Positions 40,931-54,743 of a DNA stretch of 64,000 nt are shown here, piece after piece (positions within the stretch are counted from its first letter, which is position 1; each line of letters starts with the position of its first letter). The notes below the pieces were generated by a model. The model searched no databases and was not told the origin of the DNA. It saw nothing but the letters and a program-made list of their open reading frames with translations. The position numbers and the translations under genes were made by a program. This DNA is from Octopus bimaculoides (Eukaryota): contig NC_068986.1 of assembly GCF_001194135.2 (NCBI RefSeq), forward strand, positions 106,635,429-106,699,428, written 5' to 3'.

Positions 40931-41110
40931 AGTGGAGGCGCAATTGCCCAGTTGTTAGGGCAGCGGACTCGCGGTCATAGGATCGTAGTTTCGATTCCCA
41001 GACCGGGCGTTGTGAGTGTTTATTGAGCGANNNNNNNNNNCGAGCAGGCTGTTCCGTTGATCGGATCAACTGGAACCCTCGACGTCGTAAGCGACGGAGT
41101 GCCAACAACA
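40931..41110 (+). mobile_element. SINE family 2 (head and tail joined across a 10-N gap)
   Basis: Head and the cgagcaggctgttccgttgatcgg tail match 41890-42275. Confidence 0.85.
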
Positions 41111-41889
41111 ATTTTTCATGTGGTCAATTCAATGGTTGTTATATTCCAGGCCGGTTAATTCAACTATATAACCAATCAAATATTCCTGTCAAATGGGTAA
41201 ATGTTCATACCGATAGTAAAGCAACATAATGGAGCGGAAGCATACCAATTGTTAGTTTAACTCAAATATTTTAATGACTACAATCTAGTAAAATAATTAA
41301 TCCTGCGCATGCTCCATCTCCCTTCTTTCATCTTGCTTTTTGACTTTCATTTCTTTTTACTTTCAATTTATGTGTCGCCTTTTTCATATTAATCCCTCTG
41401 TTTTATAAAAAAATATATATATAAAGTTTTCTCCAGTCCCGTTTTTCCTTTCTCTACTATATTTACTTCTAAGTTATTAACAATGAATATTTAATGTTCT
41501 ATAAAACAAATGAAACGTTTTAATACACAAGAGAGAAGGAAGATTTTTAAAATATTGAAAAGTTAAAAAGTGGATTACGGTGGCTGAAGAAAGTAAGATG
41601 TATAGCTGACGTCCATATGTTATATAACTGAATTATATAATATATATTAATACAGGTAATTAAAATAACCTATTAATTATTTATTTACTGCAGAATAAAA
41701 TATACTGTTTTCATATTATAAAGGCTGCAAAACGATCATCGCTATATAAATGGAAGTGTATATCTTACTGTCTTCCGCTACCGCAAACCACCTTTTACTT
41801 TTCAATATTTTGTTATATTTCCCTCCTCTCATCTATAGTAAACCTTTCCTTTATGTTATTGCTGATTCTCATCTATATATCAATATTTA

Positions 41890-42275
41890 AGTGGAGGCGC
41901 AATGGCCCAGTGTTTAGGGAAGCGGACTCGCGGTTGTAGGATCGCGGTTTCGATTCCCAGACCGGGCGTTGTGAGTGTTTATTGAGCGAAAACACTTAAA
42001 GCTCCACAAGGCTCCGGTAGGGGATGGTGGGGAACCCTGTTGTACTCTTTCACCACAACTTTCTCTCATTCTTACTTCCTGTTTCTGTTGTGCCTGTAAT
42101 TCAAAGGGTCAGCCTTGTCACACTGTGTCACGCTGAATATTCCCGAGAACTACGTTAAGGGTACACGTGTCTGTGGAGTGCTCAGCCACTTGCATGATAA
42201 TTTCACGAGCAGGCTGTTCCGTTGAGCGGATCAACTGAAACCCTCGACGTCGTAAGCGACGGAGGTCCAACAACA
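41890..42275 (+). mobile_element. SINE family 2, full length
   Basis: tRNA-like A and B boxes, body and (CAA)n tail. Interrupts a block that is continuous at about 20900 in unit B. Confidence 0.9.
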
Positions 42276-42719
42276 TCAGTATTTGAATGTAAATTCTCTG
42301 CGTTGTACATATCTGTATTGGGGCGATGAAATCTAAGTTCTTATGATATTCATTGACCTGATGATCAAGTATTTGCACTGGTATCAATTCGTATGTTACA
42401 CAACTGAATTATATGAAATATATTCATTCAGGTTTGTAAAATGATTTATTATTTATTTACTTATCATACAATAAAATAAATTGCTTTCATATGATAAAGG
42501 CTACGAAAAGATCATCGCTGTATGGATGTCAATTGGTGAAATAATTCTTTCGTTTTATACTTACACTCTTTATGTCTTATATCCCTATATATACATATTT
42601 TTGTGTGTGTGTATTTATGTATGTATATATATTTATAACCCTGATCGACTTTATATACAGCACCCTCTTCATATCAACTCAAGGGAATTTCTTTTGTAGC
42701 ACTCCGTGCCCACGTAGTT

Positions 42720-43005
42720 CATATCATGAAACCCAGGCTGTTATAGTAACTGGTGCTGAAGTGCAATGGCCTTGCTGGAATTTTTGGCACTGTGCTGTGT
42801 CAATACGTTCTGGCATTGGTGTAGCTTTTAATGCCAATATTTGGCACAATTCCTTCGAGGATCTTCCAGATGTATATTACTGCATACCTTTCCCGCATTC
42901 GCTCCAGGTTGTAGTGTCTTAGCTGTTTCTTAGACTTTCCCAATTGCTGAGCTGTTGCAACGAGACGATCTTCTTTGTAGCTACGCTGGATTGGTTGAAG
43001 GTCCG
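42720..43005 (-). mobile_element. LINE fragment, same family as 63720-63983
   Basis: Nucleotide similarity to 63760-63960 (ggatcttcca.atgta...cattcgctccagg), frameshifted. Confidence 0.75.
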
Positions 43006-43026
43006 CTGTTTATATATACATAAATA

Positions 43027-43093
<67 letters not shown>

Positions 43094-43214
43094 GTATGTG
43101 TGTATGTATATATATATGTATGTATGTTTGTACACATATATATGTGTACTTATATATGTAAACATAGACATACATACTTATATACAGGTCTACAAATACG
43201 GACTCACACATCTA

Positions 43215-43415
43215 TATTCTTTTATTTGTTTCAGTCATTTGACAGTAGCCATGCTGGAGCACCGCCTTTTGTCAAGAAAATCGACCCCAGGACTTATTCT
43301 TGGTAAACCTTGTACTTATTCTATCTCCCCCACTTGCCGAACCGCAAAGTGACGGGGACGTAAACACACCAGCACCGGTTGTCATGCGATGTCAGGGAGA
43401 CAAACACAGAGACTG

Positions 43416-43471
<56 letters not shown>

Positions 43472-43700
43472 NNNNNNNNNNNNNNNNNNNNNNNNNNNNN
43501 NNNNNNNNNNNNNNNNNNNNNNNNNNNNNNNNNNNNNNNNNNNNNNNNNNNNNNNNNNNNNNNNNNNNNNNNNNNNNNNNNNCTCACAAGGCTTTGGCCA
43601 GCTCGAGGCTATAGTAGAAGACACTTGCCCAAGATACCACGCATTGGGACTGAACCCGGAACCATGTGATTGGTAAGCCAGCTACTTCACTGACAGGCAC
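43215..43700 (-). mobile_element. SINE family 1
   Basis: Diverged head and tail with internal (CA)(TA)n gap. Confidence 0.85.
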
Positions 43701-43720
43701 TCCAGCGTCTACATACATGC

Positions 43721-43761
<41 letters not shown>

Positions 43762-45044
43762 CACACACAAATATGTATGCGTGTGTGTGCTGATATGTTC
43801 ATGCGTAAATAGTGATTTATCTATGCTAAATTGTGCAATCAGGATGAACAAATACAGCGACGTTTCACGCTTAAAGAGATGGAAGTACTTGTGTAATAGC
43901 AAGAAAGGTAAGTCAATATTTGTAGCATGTACAAAATACTGATTTCCATATCTCATTATAATTTATTGATATATGTACATTGTGGAAAGGCTATTGAGAT
44001 TAAAGTGTACTGAATATGGGATTTTCTTTTAGCATTCAAATCGATTCAAATAGACAACATATTTCCAATTTCCATATTTACGATCCACAATGCAAACTGT
44101 ATAAGACAGTATTTGTTAATAGGAAAGGTCATTGTAAATTTGTTTGATTTTTGTGAAAATAATAGCGACCTTAAGAGTCTTATTTTTTTTTCCACAACAT
44201 TAGTAATATGACAGGATTATACGAGATAGTTGAAATTATGTAGCAAACATCAGTATTATTAAAATTCGACAGTATATTTGCAAATGTTCCTAAACATTCA
44301 TGCACACTCAATCACCCCCACAATCATACACAGAACACATGCACGTACATTCACATGTCCATACACACAAACACATGCATGGTGGGTGGAAAGTAATTAG
44401 GCATTAAAAATTGCTTATAGAATTCCTAGTATCACAGGTCATGGCAAAACCATTTTTTAAAGTGACAACATTAATGAGAATTTATTATTTTTTCATTGTC
44501 TTATTTTATATATCTTATTTTCCCTGATGGCCAGTCGTTTGACTATTCAGGTGCGAGCTAAGGTAGCAGGACGCTATGAAGTATAGAATTCCATTGTTTT
44601 GGTTCAGAGATGGTGATGTGCATGTCTTTTATGAGGAAGTGTACAAAATCAATAATGTAGGCGATTGTAATGTATTTTGGCGATTTAAATAAGAGCTTTA
44701 AATCTTACTTCCAGCAGGTGGACATACTTAGCATGTCCTTTGATTAATTTTAATCCTTCAGTTATTTAAGGCTTTTTTGGGGCCTGCGATCGCCTAAATT
44801 ATTGATTCTATTATTATCATTTTTAAATTGTAACACAAGATAATAATAGAGTCAATGATATCTTCGCAAATATTTTCTCTGTATTGAAATTATTTTCAGA
44901 CACAAAACGACTCAGTTGTAACGCAGACTTCACCGTGACGAGTTGGGGCTCTCCATCATGGTAACGCGTCCTGAAAATGGCGGGGGCTATTATGCCGGTC
45001 CAGAAACCAGTCCACGTGAGTCCAGATACTTGAATGTATTCTTT

Positions 45045-45566
45045 TATTCTTTTACTCTTTTACTTGTTTCAGTCATTTGACTGCGGTCATGCTGGAGCAC
45101 CGCCTTCAGTCGAGCAAATCGACCCCAGGACTTATTCTTTGTAAGCTTAGTACTTATTCCGTCGGCCACTTTTGCCGAACCGCTATGTTACGGGGACGTA
45201 AACACACCAGCATCTGTTATGAAGCGATGTTGGGGGGGNNNNNNNNNNNNNNNNNNNNNNNNNNNNNNNNNNNNNNNNNNNNNNNNNNNNNNNNNNNNNN
45301 NNNNNNNNNNNNNNNNNNNNNNNNNNNNNNNNNNNNNNNNNNNNNNNNNNNNNNNNNNNNNNNNNNNNNNNNNNNNNNNNNNNNNNNNNNNNNNNNNNNN
45401 NNATATATACATATATACGACGGGCTTCTTTCAGTTTCCGTCTACCAAATCCACTCACAAGGTTTTTGTTGGCGCGAGGCTATAGTAGGAGACACTTGCC
45501 CAAGGTGCCACGCAGTGGGACTGAACCCGGAACCATGTGGTTGGTAAGTAAGCTACTTACCACACA
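45045..45566 (-). mobile_element. SINE family 1
   Basis: Head and tail conserved, internal gap. Confidence 0.9.
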
Positions 45567-45991
45567 GAAACTGAGTGATTGTCTTAATCTGTTTGCCTTC
45601 GGACGGTTGATTTCTGCAGTTTTTATCAGTGTATCTTGGCGATTTAAATAAGAGCTTTGACTGTTATTTCCAGCAGGTAGACATACTTAATATACCCTTT
45701 GATTAATTTTAATCCTTCATGAAAGTACATACTTTTGCATATGGATTCTGTCATCGTCGATTTCAGATCAACTAATTAACCTCCTCCTCGAAATAATGCT
45801 GTGAATTAGCAGCTCATTTTACTGACACATTGTTTTCATGTAATTTTCAGATTGAATTAGCATGACACGTTACTACAAAGGTAAACGTTTGAATTTCAGT
45901 TGTATTTCCTCTGTGTACATGTACGTGTACAAACCATAATGTGCGTGCAATTTGTACTGACAATGCTACGTTAGACGTGTCTCCGTATGTA

Positions 45992-46618
45992 TCAGGTCAT
46001 TAAGAATGAAATTTCCGATTTTCTTATGCACGAAGTTTGACAGACGTTAACTTTAATGTTTCGTGCAATGTTTTACAACATTGGAGATTTACATTTCGAA
46101 ATGCAATTCATGGTGTCTGACTATATTGTGAGTTTTCTCTTGTAAATTAATTTTTGTGAACCCATGGATAGATAAAAAATTCGTGTTGTTAATGAATACG
46201 AGTTCCGTCGGGGAACCAATGCATCCCAGACAGATCGAAACATCAATGAGGTGTTGGGAAAGATGTTTCGAGTGAGCACAATGGAAGTTGATGGTTTGAA
46301 AAGTTCTGGCCTAGTGACTTTACTCTTGAAAATCCTCCCCGTGGTAGATCTGAGACAAAGGTGTATAATGACGAGCCGGAAACGGTAATGGAAGTGGATA
46401 CATGTCAAATAACGTGTGAGTTAGCGGCAAGATTTGATGTTTCGATTCCAAATACATTGGACCATCTGAAATAAATCAGCAAAGTAAAGAAGCTGGACAT
46501 GTGGATGACACACGAACTGAACGAGCATCAAATGGTACGTCGTCTTCAAACTTGTTCTTCTTTGCTGTCACGTCATAAAAACGAACCACTCTTTCAGTGT
46601 ATTGTTACGTGTGATAAT
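45992..46618 (+). mobile_element. Mariner transposon 5' half, defective
   Basis: TA followed by TCAGGTCAT end. Reads KIRVVNEYEFRRGTNA...KKLDMWMTHEL...IVTCD (WVPHEL motif and first catalytic D), with stops. Confidence 0.85.
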
Positions 46619-46638
46619 TTCAGACTATTGAAGCTTAC

Positions 46639-46708
46639 ATTCTGGAACGTTCGTAACTCCTTTGGGAAGGATTACAAGGAGGAACAAAGTTGCCAGATAT
46701 GAATACAT
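46639..46708 (-). pseudogene. Copy C signal-peptide exon (MYSYLATLFLLVILPKGVTNVPE); gene truncated, Cys exons 1-2 not found
   Basis: cag|ATG and gtaagc donor are intact. About 20 nt downstream the sequence switches to a mariner relic. I found no homolog of Cys exon 1 or 2 in 39.7-46.6 kb outside small gaps. Confidence 0.7.
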
Positions 46709-47849
46709 CTGTTAGTAAAGAACCACAAATAAAATATCTCATGATATTCCGTATTTCCCTAATATTGTTGCTAAATTAATTCCTACGAAAATCTCGATCA
46801 TTAAAACAAAATTAACATTCAAATATGAGGCTGGTGATCACCTCCTGCATTTACTTTGTCTCTCATACTTTAGTGGGCGACCCTGTTACTACGTGTAAAA
46901 TACCGGAAGAAATGTGTGTTATAGTGGCCTACCCGGAATACTAGAGGTATCATGTTGATGTTGAGGGAAGTTATAACGCCTTGCATTATATATAGAAGCA
47001 CGTAAAATATTTTGTTTTGATTCACGTGTTCCAGAATAAAGAACAGAATATCAACTTCGCTTAATAATTAATATTAAATCCTGTATAGCCAATGCCAATA
47101 TTCCCAAAATTGAAATGGAACATTGGGAACATATTTGCGAAAGTGATTTGACATGAAACTGTGCTTAAACTAAATCAATAACACCTGGAAGCCATATATT
47201 AGCCATTCAAAAACACACAAAGCCTCTTAAGTTTAATTAAACATTTATTATTTGGTATTAAACCTTTCGTAGTATTAATGGGGACCTGCACACTCACGCA
47301 AGACGTTTGGTTCACAAATAGTAATTCACAGTAGAAAACATATTGAAAATAGTACAACCCTTCGACTTTATATAACCATGACAGCCTGTTACCAGCCACT
47401 GAAAAACAGTAACTGAATCCTCGATACATGAACATATTGATAATCCTTCCTTGTAAACGTACAATTGAAGAAAAGTTTAGAAAGGGGACTATTTGATCAT
47501 ATCGATCTCAGCATTCATATGTTTATTTTATTGAGACCGAACATCACTTCAGAAGGAAATGAAATTTTAATGTTTCATTGCAAATAAAATGTAACACAGG
47601 AGATCCGACATCAAACACAATGGATGTATCCATAAAATACACCAGAGCATAATATTACTCACCAGAAAAGAAAGTGTACATACGAGAGAGAGTTAATAAT
47701 ATGTCTCTTTTTTAGTTTTTTAAAAGAATAGCAGCTGACATATCATTCTGAACATCTATAAACAGCCATCAGTATAATGTAACAATCACAATTGCACGTA
47801 AGAATATATCCATACACAAATATAGACATGTATACATATAGACTGAGGA

Positions 47850-47882
<33 letters not shown>

Positions 47883-48468
47883 TGTATGTATGTATGTATG
47901 TATGTGTATGCGAATATGCATATATATGTGTATATATGTATATGTATGTATANNNNNNNNNNNNNNNNNNNNNNNNNNNNNNNNNNNNNNNNNNNNNNNN
48001 NNNNNNNNNNNNNNNNNNNNNNNNNNNNNNNNNNNNNNNNNNNNNNNNNNNNNNNNNNNNNNNNNNNNNNNNNNNNNNNNNNNNNNNNNNNNNNNNNNNN
48101 NNNNNNNNNNNNNNNNNNNNNNNNNNNNNNNNNNNNNNNNNNNNNNNNNNNNNNNNNNNNNNNNNNNNNNNNNNNNNNNNNNNNNNNNNNNNNNNNNNNN
48201 NNNNNNNNNNNNNNNNNNNNNNNNNNNNNNNNNNNNNNNNNNNNNNNNNNNNNNNNNNNNNNNNNNNNNNNNNNNNNNNNNNNNNNNNNNNNNNNNNNNN
48301 NNNNNNNNNNNNNNNNNNNNNNNNNNNNNNNNNNNNNNNNNNNNNNNNNNNNNNNNNNNNNNNNNNNNNNNNNNNNNNNNNNNNNNNNNNNNNNNNNNNN
48401 NNNNNNNNNNNNNNNNNNNNNNNNNNNNNNNNNNNNNNNNNNNNNNNNNNNNNNNNNNNNNNNNNNNN

Positions 48469-48500
<32 letters not shown>

Positions 48501-50231
48501 GCCCTCTTTTATATGTGTATATCCATATGTATGAGGATTAACTCAGATGAAGAGTATTATATACGTAACAAAGTAATTTAAGTGCCAGTAACAAGGTCGT
48601 GCTTGTGCGACAAAAATTCTGAAGTTTCATCAAATAAAATGAATTTGATTTTAACAGTTTTTTGAGCTAGTTATTTACTACACTGATTTAGCTAACGTAT
48701 AAAACAAAATATAATAGCGACAAGATAATTCGCACCAGCATCAACGTGATAGAGCGTTATCAGGCTCTATTTTGACAAATCGCATGCACAGCTCTTTTCT
48801 CTCATGCAGCAGTTTTCAATAGCCACCAATTCCATTTCAGCAGAAATGAATAAATATATAAATAAATAAACACGTATCTCTGGCGGGAAATGTTATAAAA
48901 GAAATGCATGAGTTGTGCCGGATTCTAAAAAAAAAATACAATTATCAAAGTAATGAATATTCAGTGTGAGGATAATTGTTGGTACAACCTCAGCTACCAA
49001 ATATTGCAATAGCAACCAGAAACAAGAGCACAGAAATCGCATCATAAGATGCTAAGTAGGGAGCCTACACGTTTTAATGGACCTGCTAGAAATATCAACC
49101 AAATCTTCCTAGTATCCTTCGTTATTGCGTAAATAATTTGATAAAAAGGAAAGACTATGCCTGAAAACAAAAATAGTACGTGACGTCCACGAATAGAATA
49201 TATTTTGATCATAGAATTTGTTTTAATCGCTCGTGTAAATTAAACAACAATAATTACTATTTCAAAGTCGTGTTCCACCTATGATTTCGAGAGGAATTTC
49301 ACGCAAAATAGATTCAATATTATTAGTGTGATGAAAGTGTAAAATAATTACAAGACATTTATATTCAAAACGAAAGGTAATTAATGTCCGTGTCATCCGT
49401 CTAGGGATTAATTATAATAGGTCTTTGTGTCACATTTCATAAACAAAATGAAAAGAAATTCAGTTCTAAATTGCTACTAGACATGTAACTTACCTCGAAA
49501 TCCTGAACGAGAGCTGAAAAATATTTAACAAATTAAATTAACTAGAATTGCAAACGTTTTCAGAATTTCAGTTTATGTAACATACAACCGCCGTATGTGG
49601 TATATGGAAACTGTAAACATACATTCTCTACATGAATTTCTGGTTTATAGCTATAATACAAATAGGTTTTAGGTTTGCAATGACATGTTCATTGTTAGTT
49701 TTACTATTAGCGTTTAACACTAATTGTTGACCGATACATAACTCGACAGATAACAAAGGAAATGTAGAAAATTAGGACAAAAGCATATCAAATCATTTGG
49801 CGATGGGAACGAAGTTCTAATTAGGAAATTCCATCTAGGAACATATAATCCAATATATTACTTAATTGAGATAGAAGGGAGTTATTTTACTTGAATATTG
49901 GTTGTAATTCTAGCTAGTGAACATGGCGTTGTGAATGAATGATTCACTAAAATACTGAAACTTCACATTCATGGAATCATAATTTCACATCCCCAGTCAG
50001 TACCTACTATTACGAGATTCCATACTAATTGAGCTTCCACGTTTTACAATTTCACCTATGTGTTGCTAATGGACTTATGCAAGTGTCAATGATGTTTTAA
50101 TTTTGTTAATGAACAAAACCTGTAACCCTTTGTTTAAACAACAGTATAATTAGTATTTTCATAAATGTTGTTTCTTTTTTCTTTTTACTATTGTCAATCT
50201 TTCATATGTAGGAGATATTTCTGCCGCACCC

Positions 50232-50264
<33 letters not shown>

Positions 50265-51149
50265 CTTTGCCCGTAAATAGGTGAATGTAATCCTGAAAAT
50301 TGTAAGCTTATAAGAAAGTATTATCGGACGTCGAAACATAATTGGGGCATCAGAAAGAAAATCATAAATTATGATATTTGAATAATGAGAATAATGAAAA
50401 TAGATAAAATGCATGATCAGATGCATTTGTAATCACAAAACCAATTAAATGAAACAGTATCCTTATATCCTTATACATACATAATTTTACAGATGTTTCC
50501 TCTTAGTGGGGAGGCTTTGCTAATTCATTATTACGTAGTGCCAATGCAGCATTAAGTTCTAGTTTTCAATGTCCTATATAAGAAGGAAGATAGAAGTATT
50601 TGCTTATAAATTCAAGTCATGATTTTGCTCACTCGAATAATCATTATTGAAGTGAAACAATAAATTCTCTACTGGTCTTTCCACATATATCTGGAGATGG
50701 AAAGGAGTCTTGTGACAGCATGTTTTATATATCTTGGTTTATACTTGCTTTTGTATATTCATTATCACAATATGGTAGCAAGGAAAATGAACAAAAATGT
50801 CATCTTACCAACGAGTAAAGTTTTATGATCAATAAAACGAGCATGCTGCATAAAGAACTCATAATCTTTAAAACGCAATGACTACTCCATAAATTGCGGA
50901 AATAGATAGATAAATGACGACTGTCATAGAAAAACTTTCGCACTCTCTCAATATATAGCTTTCATTTTCGATTTTCTTTTTTATGTTTCATTTTCATTCA
51001 GAATGCTTCGTACTTGTTATTATGTTATATACTTTGCTCTAATTTTCTGAATGGAAATGTTTGAGACCCGTTTAATGGTAAACACGTTCCTACTATGCAT
51101 ACTAATAACATTTTCTTTTCCTTTCATATCTCATTGCTTTTTCTTTCTT

Positions 51150-51560
51150 TAATAAAGGAGCTGTCGAGTGGTACCCACACGATGGAAAGCGTTCAATCGG
51201 AAGACCTCCACACAGGTGATATGATTCAAAAAAAATGTTCGGTACAACGTAGAGGAGAATGGTGTGAGAACGATGGGAATGGAGCGAATGCTGTGCGAGT
51301 GGAGCCGACGCGGCACGAGACATTCTGGCCTATCTAGTTGATCCAGGTGAAGTAAATATATTTAACCGTAATCACAAACCTGGTGACACCTCCTCCATAG
51401 AGTACAGAGGTATCATTACATTCTCCAGGTGGATTTCCGTGCGCAACCAACTGAGACTATGAATATTTTACAATCATCTCGTTTTTTTATCTACCCCGAG
51501 GTTTCCTGCAGGTTGCCGCCTTAAAGCATACGTTCCCTGAGTCTTTCCTATGTCATTCTA
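51150..51560. mobile_element. Two RTE-clade LINE 3' relics (+ at 51150-51340, - at about 51400-51560)
   Basis: Plus strand reads EWYPHDGKRSIGRPPHR(W to stop)YD, the RTE W.P....R..GRP..RW.D motif. Minus strand reads GYTVRMT*ERL, resembling GH..RM...RL. Confidence 0.6.
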
Positions 51561-52100
51561 ACCGTATATCCAAAGTACTGGTGCTATGCTGACTCTTATT
51601 GCGAAGTAACTGCTCGACCTGGAGAGATGCTTCGATTAAATAGCCTTAAAAGGTAACCTGGCAGTAAAGTAATGATAAATTTGAGATTTATTCTTATGGA
51701 GTAGTAATTTTTATTTCAAACCTAACTGTTAATCAGTTGCTAACTATTTTCCCTCATTGGACGATGTCCGCCATAATCTATTTTGGATCTGACGCTTTGT
51801 ACAATTTTAAATTCTGATAAACAAATTTCTGGAAAAAGTTTCTACATCTGTTCTCCTCAATATATTAATACACTTACATCTATGATTAATACTCTACGTG
51901 CTAGAATAGTTTACGAAACGCAGTTAATATATTTTCACTAATAAATGTAGAAAATGCTACAAGAACGAACGTAAAAGCTGATAACTTAAATAACCTTATT
52001 CAATAAATATGTAAGTATTCACACATAAAGACAAAGCCAATAGTTAACTCATCTGCTATGAAAAATAGGAAGAAAGTATATATTAATTACTATTCCTTAC

Positions 52101-52223
52101 AGGTTCTCAGCGTTTTCGTTACTGAGGTGATACGAGTTATTTCTTTATAACCATCCAATAAACCTGTATGTGTATTCTGATCGCTACAAAAGCAACTTGA
52201 ATGATTGTAACCTACGTGACAAT
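52101..52223 (-). CDS. Copy D Cys exon 1 variant (DCHVGYNHSSCFCSDQNTHTGLLDGYKEITRITSVTKTLRT)
   Basis: Acceptor catttcctttacag, donor T|gtaagg, 123 nt (in-frame one-codon deletion), no stop. Three of six Cys are replaced (TGT to GGT, TAT, CGT). No exon 2 homolog before the unit boundary near 51560. Confidence 0.65.
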
Positions 52224-52998
52224 CTGTAAAGGAAATGCAAGTATTAACGCTAAAAAAGACAAGTTATTTTTCTGTTTGACGGGTTGGATCAGTGATTTAG
52301 TTTATGTGGATTAGTAAAAATTCTTCTCGAACTAAATTCCTTCAACTATTAGATTTGATTGCTAGGTCTTAATAAGTGTCGTAATCGTGTGAATGACGAA
52401 AGCGCTCATGAGCAGAAGCCAATACAGCAGTCAATATTGACACCTTGTTATCTTGGTTGCTAACCAAGGGACTGATAAGAAGCTGAAGCGACTTTGTGTA
52501 TTAAGGGCGCCGGATGATTAGCGAACGGCATCTAGAAAAGCGAGATAATTAATTTCCAGTCAAATAGTGATGTAATTTGTATTTAGTAGACAAATATTTA
52601 TTGTTAAATTTTTCGACTATATCAATATGATGTTAGTAAATTTTTATAGTATTTTACTTTCAATTTCGCTTCGTATTTTCATTCATTTTCTTTAAATATT
52701 TCTTCTTAAACGTGGTAATTTCACAAAAAAATGAAGGTTATTGTCTTAATCTAGAATTTTTGTTTTGTTAATTATACTTCTTAATTTTGTCATAGAAATT
52801 TACACGAAAGGTCCAATGATATAAGACGTTTACCGACCTGTAACTAAGAGGTGTGAAATATTTCATGGTTGTGACGAAAACTTACATTGCATGCTGCATG
52901 GAAAGAAGACATGGAGGCTTTTAATGGGGTCAATTATGATCTTATACACTCATCATATTCATTATCAAAGACGAAAACTTAAGAATATTGGAGCTTAC

Positions 52999-53068
52999 CT
53001 TCTGGAGCATTCGTAACACCTTTGGGAAGGATTACAAGAAGGAATAAAGTTACCGGAAATGTATACAT
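52999..53068 (-). CDS. Copy D signal-peptide exon (MYTFPVTLFLLVILPKGVTNAPE)
   Basis: cag|ATG, G|gtaagc, 70 nt, only 4 nt different from copy B. Confidence 0.8.
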
Positions 53069-54174
53069 CTGTTAGTAAAGAACCACAAATAAAATATCTC
53101 ATTATTTTCGGTATTTCCTTAATATTGTTGCTAAAGTAATTCCTACGAAAATCAATTATTTAAACAATATTAACATACAAATATGAGGCTGGTGATCGCC
53201 TCCTGCATATACTTTGTCTCTCATTATCCAATGGCCCACTCGATTCCTACGTGTAAAATACTGACGTAAACGTATGTCATAGTGCCCTACCTGGAATACT
53301 GGGGTATTAAACCTCATGTTGAGAGAAGTTATAACGCTGAATATCATATACCGAAGCACGTAAAATACTTTGTTTAGAATCGCGTGTTCCAGAATAAAGA
53401 ACAGAATGTCAACTTTGCTTAATAATTAATATCAAATCCTATAGAGCCAGTGACAATATTCCCAAAATTGAAATGGAACATTGGAGACATATTTGCGAAA
53501 GGGATTTGACATGAAACAGCGTGCTTAAATTAAATCAGCATCGCCTGGAAGCCATATATAAGCCATTCAAAACCACACAAAGGCTCTTAACATTTATTAT
53601 TTGGTATCACAATTTTCGTCGCATTAATGGCGACCTGCTCAGACATGCAATCCTATTGGTTCAAAAGTAACAATTCCCAGTAGAATATATAATGGAAATA
53701 ATACAAAACCTTCGACTTTGTATAACTATGACAGCTTGTGAGAAGCCACTGAAAAACATAGTAACTGAATCCGCGATACAAAGAATATTGATAATCCTTT
53801 CTTGTGTACGTACAATTCAAGAAACGTTTAGAAACTGGTCTATTTGATCATATCGATCCCAGCATTCAGATGCTGCTTCTCCTATCGACAGCGTAATTCG
53901 CTTCAGAATGTAATAAAATTTTTATGTTTCATTGAACAAAGTGTATGCCAGAAGTGCGCCGAGTACACGTGCAATAAGTGTATCCATAAAATAAAACAAA
54001 ACATAATATAACTGTCTAGACAAGAAAGTCAAATAAATTTCAAGACAAAGAAATTGAAAACACAGATTATAGTAGAAACTTAAAAAAATAGGAAGTGTCT
54101 AACAGAAACAAGAAAACAAAGCGTGCTTGCATAAGTAGTTAGTTTTGTTGCGTTAACGGTCGTTATAGGAATAG

Positions 54175-54525
54175 GCACAAGGCTAGAAGTTCTAGGGGTG
54201 AAGCGAGTTGATTATTTTCTCCCCATTGCTCAAGTGGTCCTTGTTTATCAATCTCAAATGGATGAAAGGCAAAGTTGAAAGTGAACTCAGAACGATAAGA
54301 TGGGTGATGTGTCGCTAAGTATTGTGTACAGTGTGCTAAAGATTCTGCCAGAAATCTATATGACAGATTGTTATAATAATCATTTCTGTTGTAAGCACAA
54401 GGTCTGACATATTTGGGAAATGATTAAGTCGATCTCATCGCCCCTAGTACTCAACTGGTATTTATTTAATCGACCCTGAAAGGATGAAAGACAAAGTCGA
54501 CCTCGGTGGAATTTGAACTCGGAAT
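54175..54525 (-). mobile_element. Two adjacent degenerate SINE family 3 copies
   Basis: Two successive gaaaggatgaaag(g/a)caaagt motifs, each with an upstream gtcgat...ccc.agt..tcaa.tggt segment. Confidence 0.65.
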
Positions 54526-54692
54526 TTTGAAGCCTTGTATATATTCTTTCGATCTATTTGGTCACACCTCTATGTTAAGAAGGCCTAATGAAATCAACAC
54601 CAGTCGCCAATGGTGGTGGTGTGGGTACAAACATAAACTCAAACGCATGCCTCCCCTAACACAGACACACACACACATATATATATATATAT

Positions 54693-54743
<51 letters not shown>

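Larger units (their letters stand above)
41650..51150. repeat. Segmental duplicate unit C (internal deletion)
   Basis: 46620-50000 is homologous to 9700-12750, 34350-36870 and 52980-57840. 50200-51140 is homologous to 37300-38200. Confidence 0.8.
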
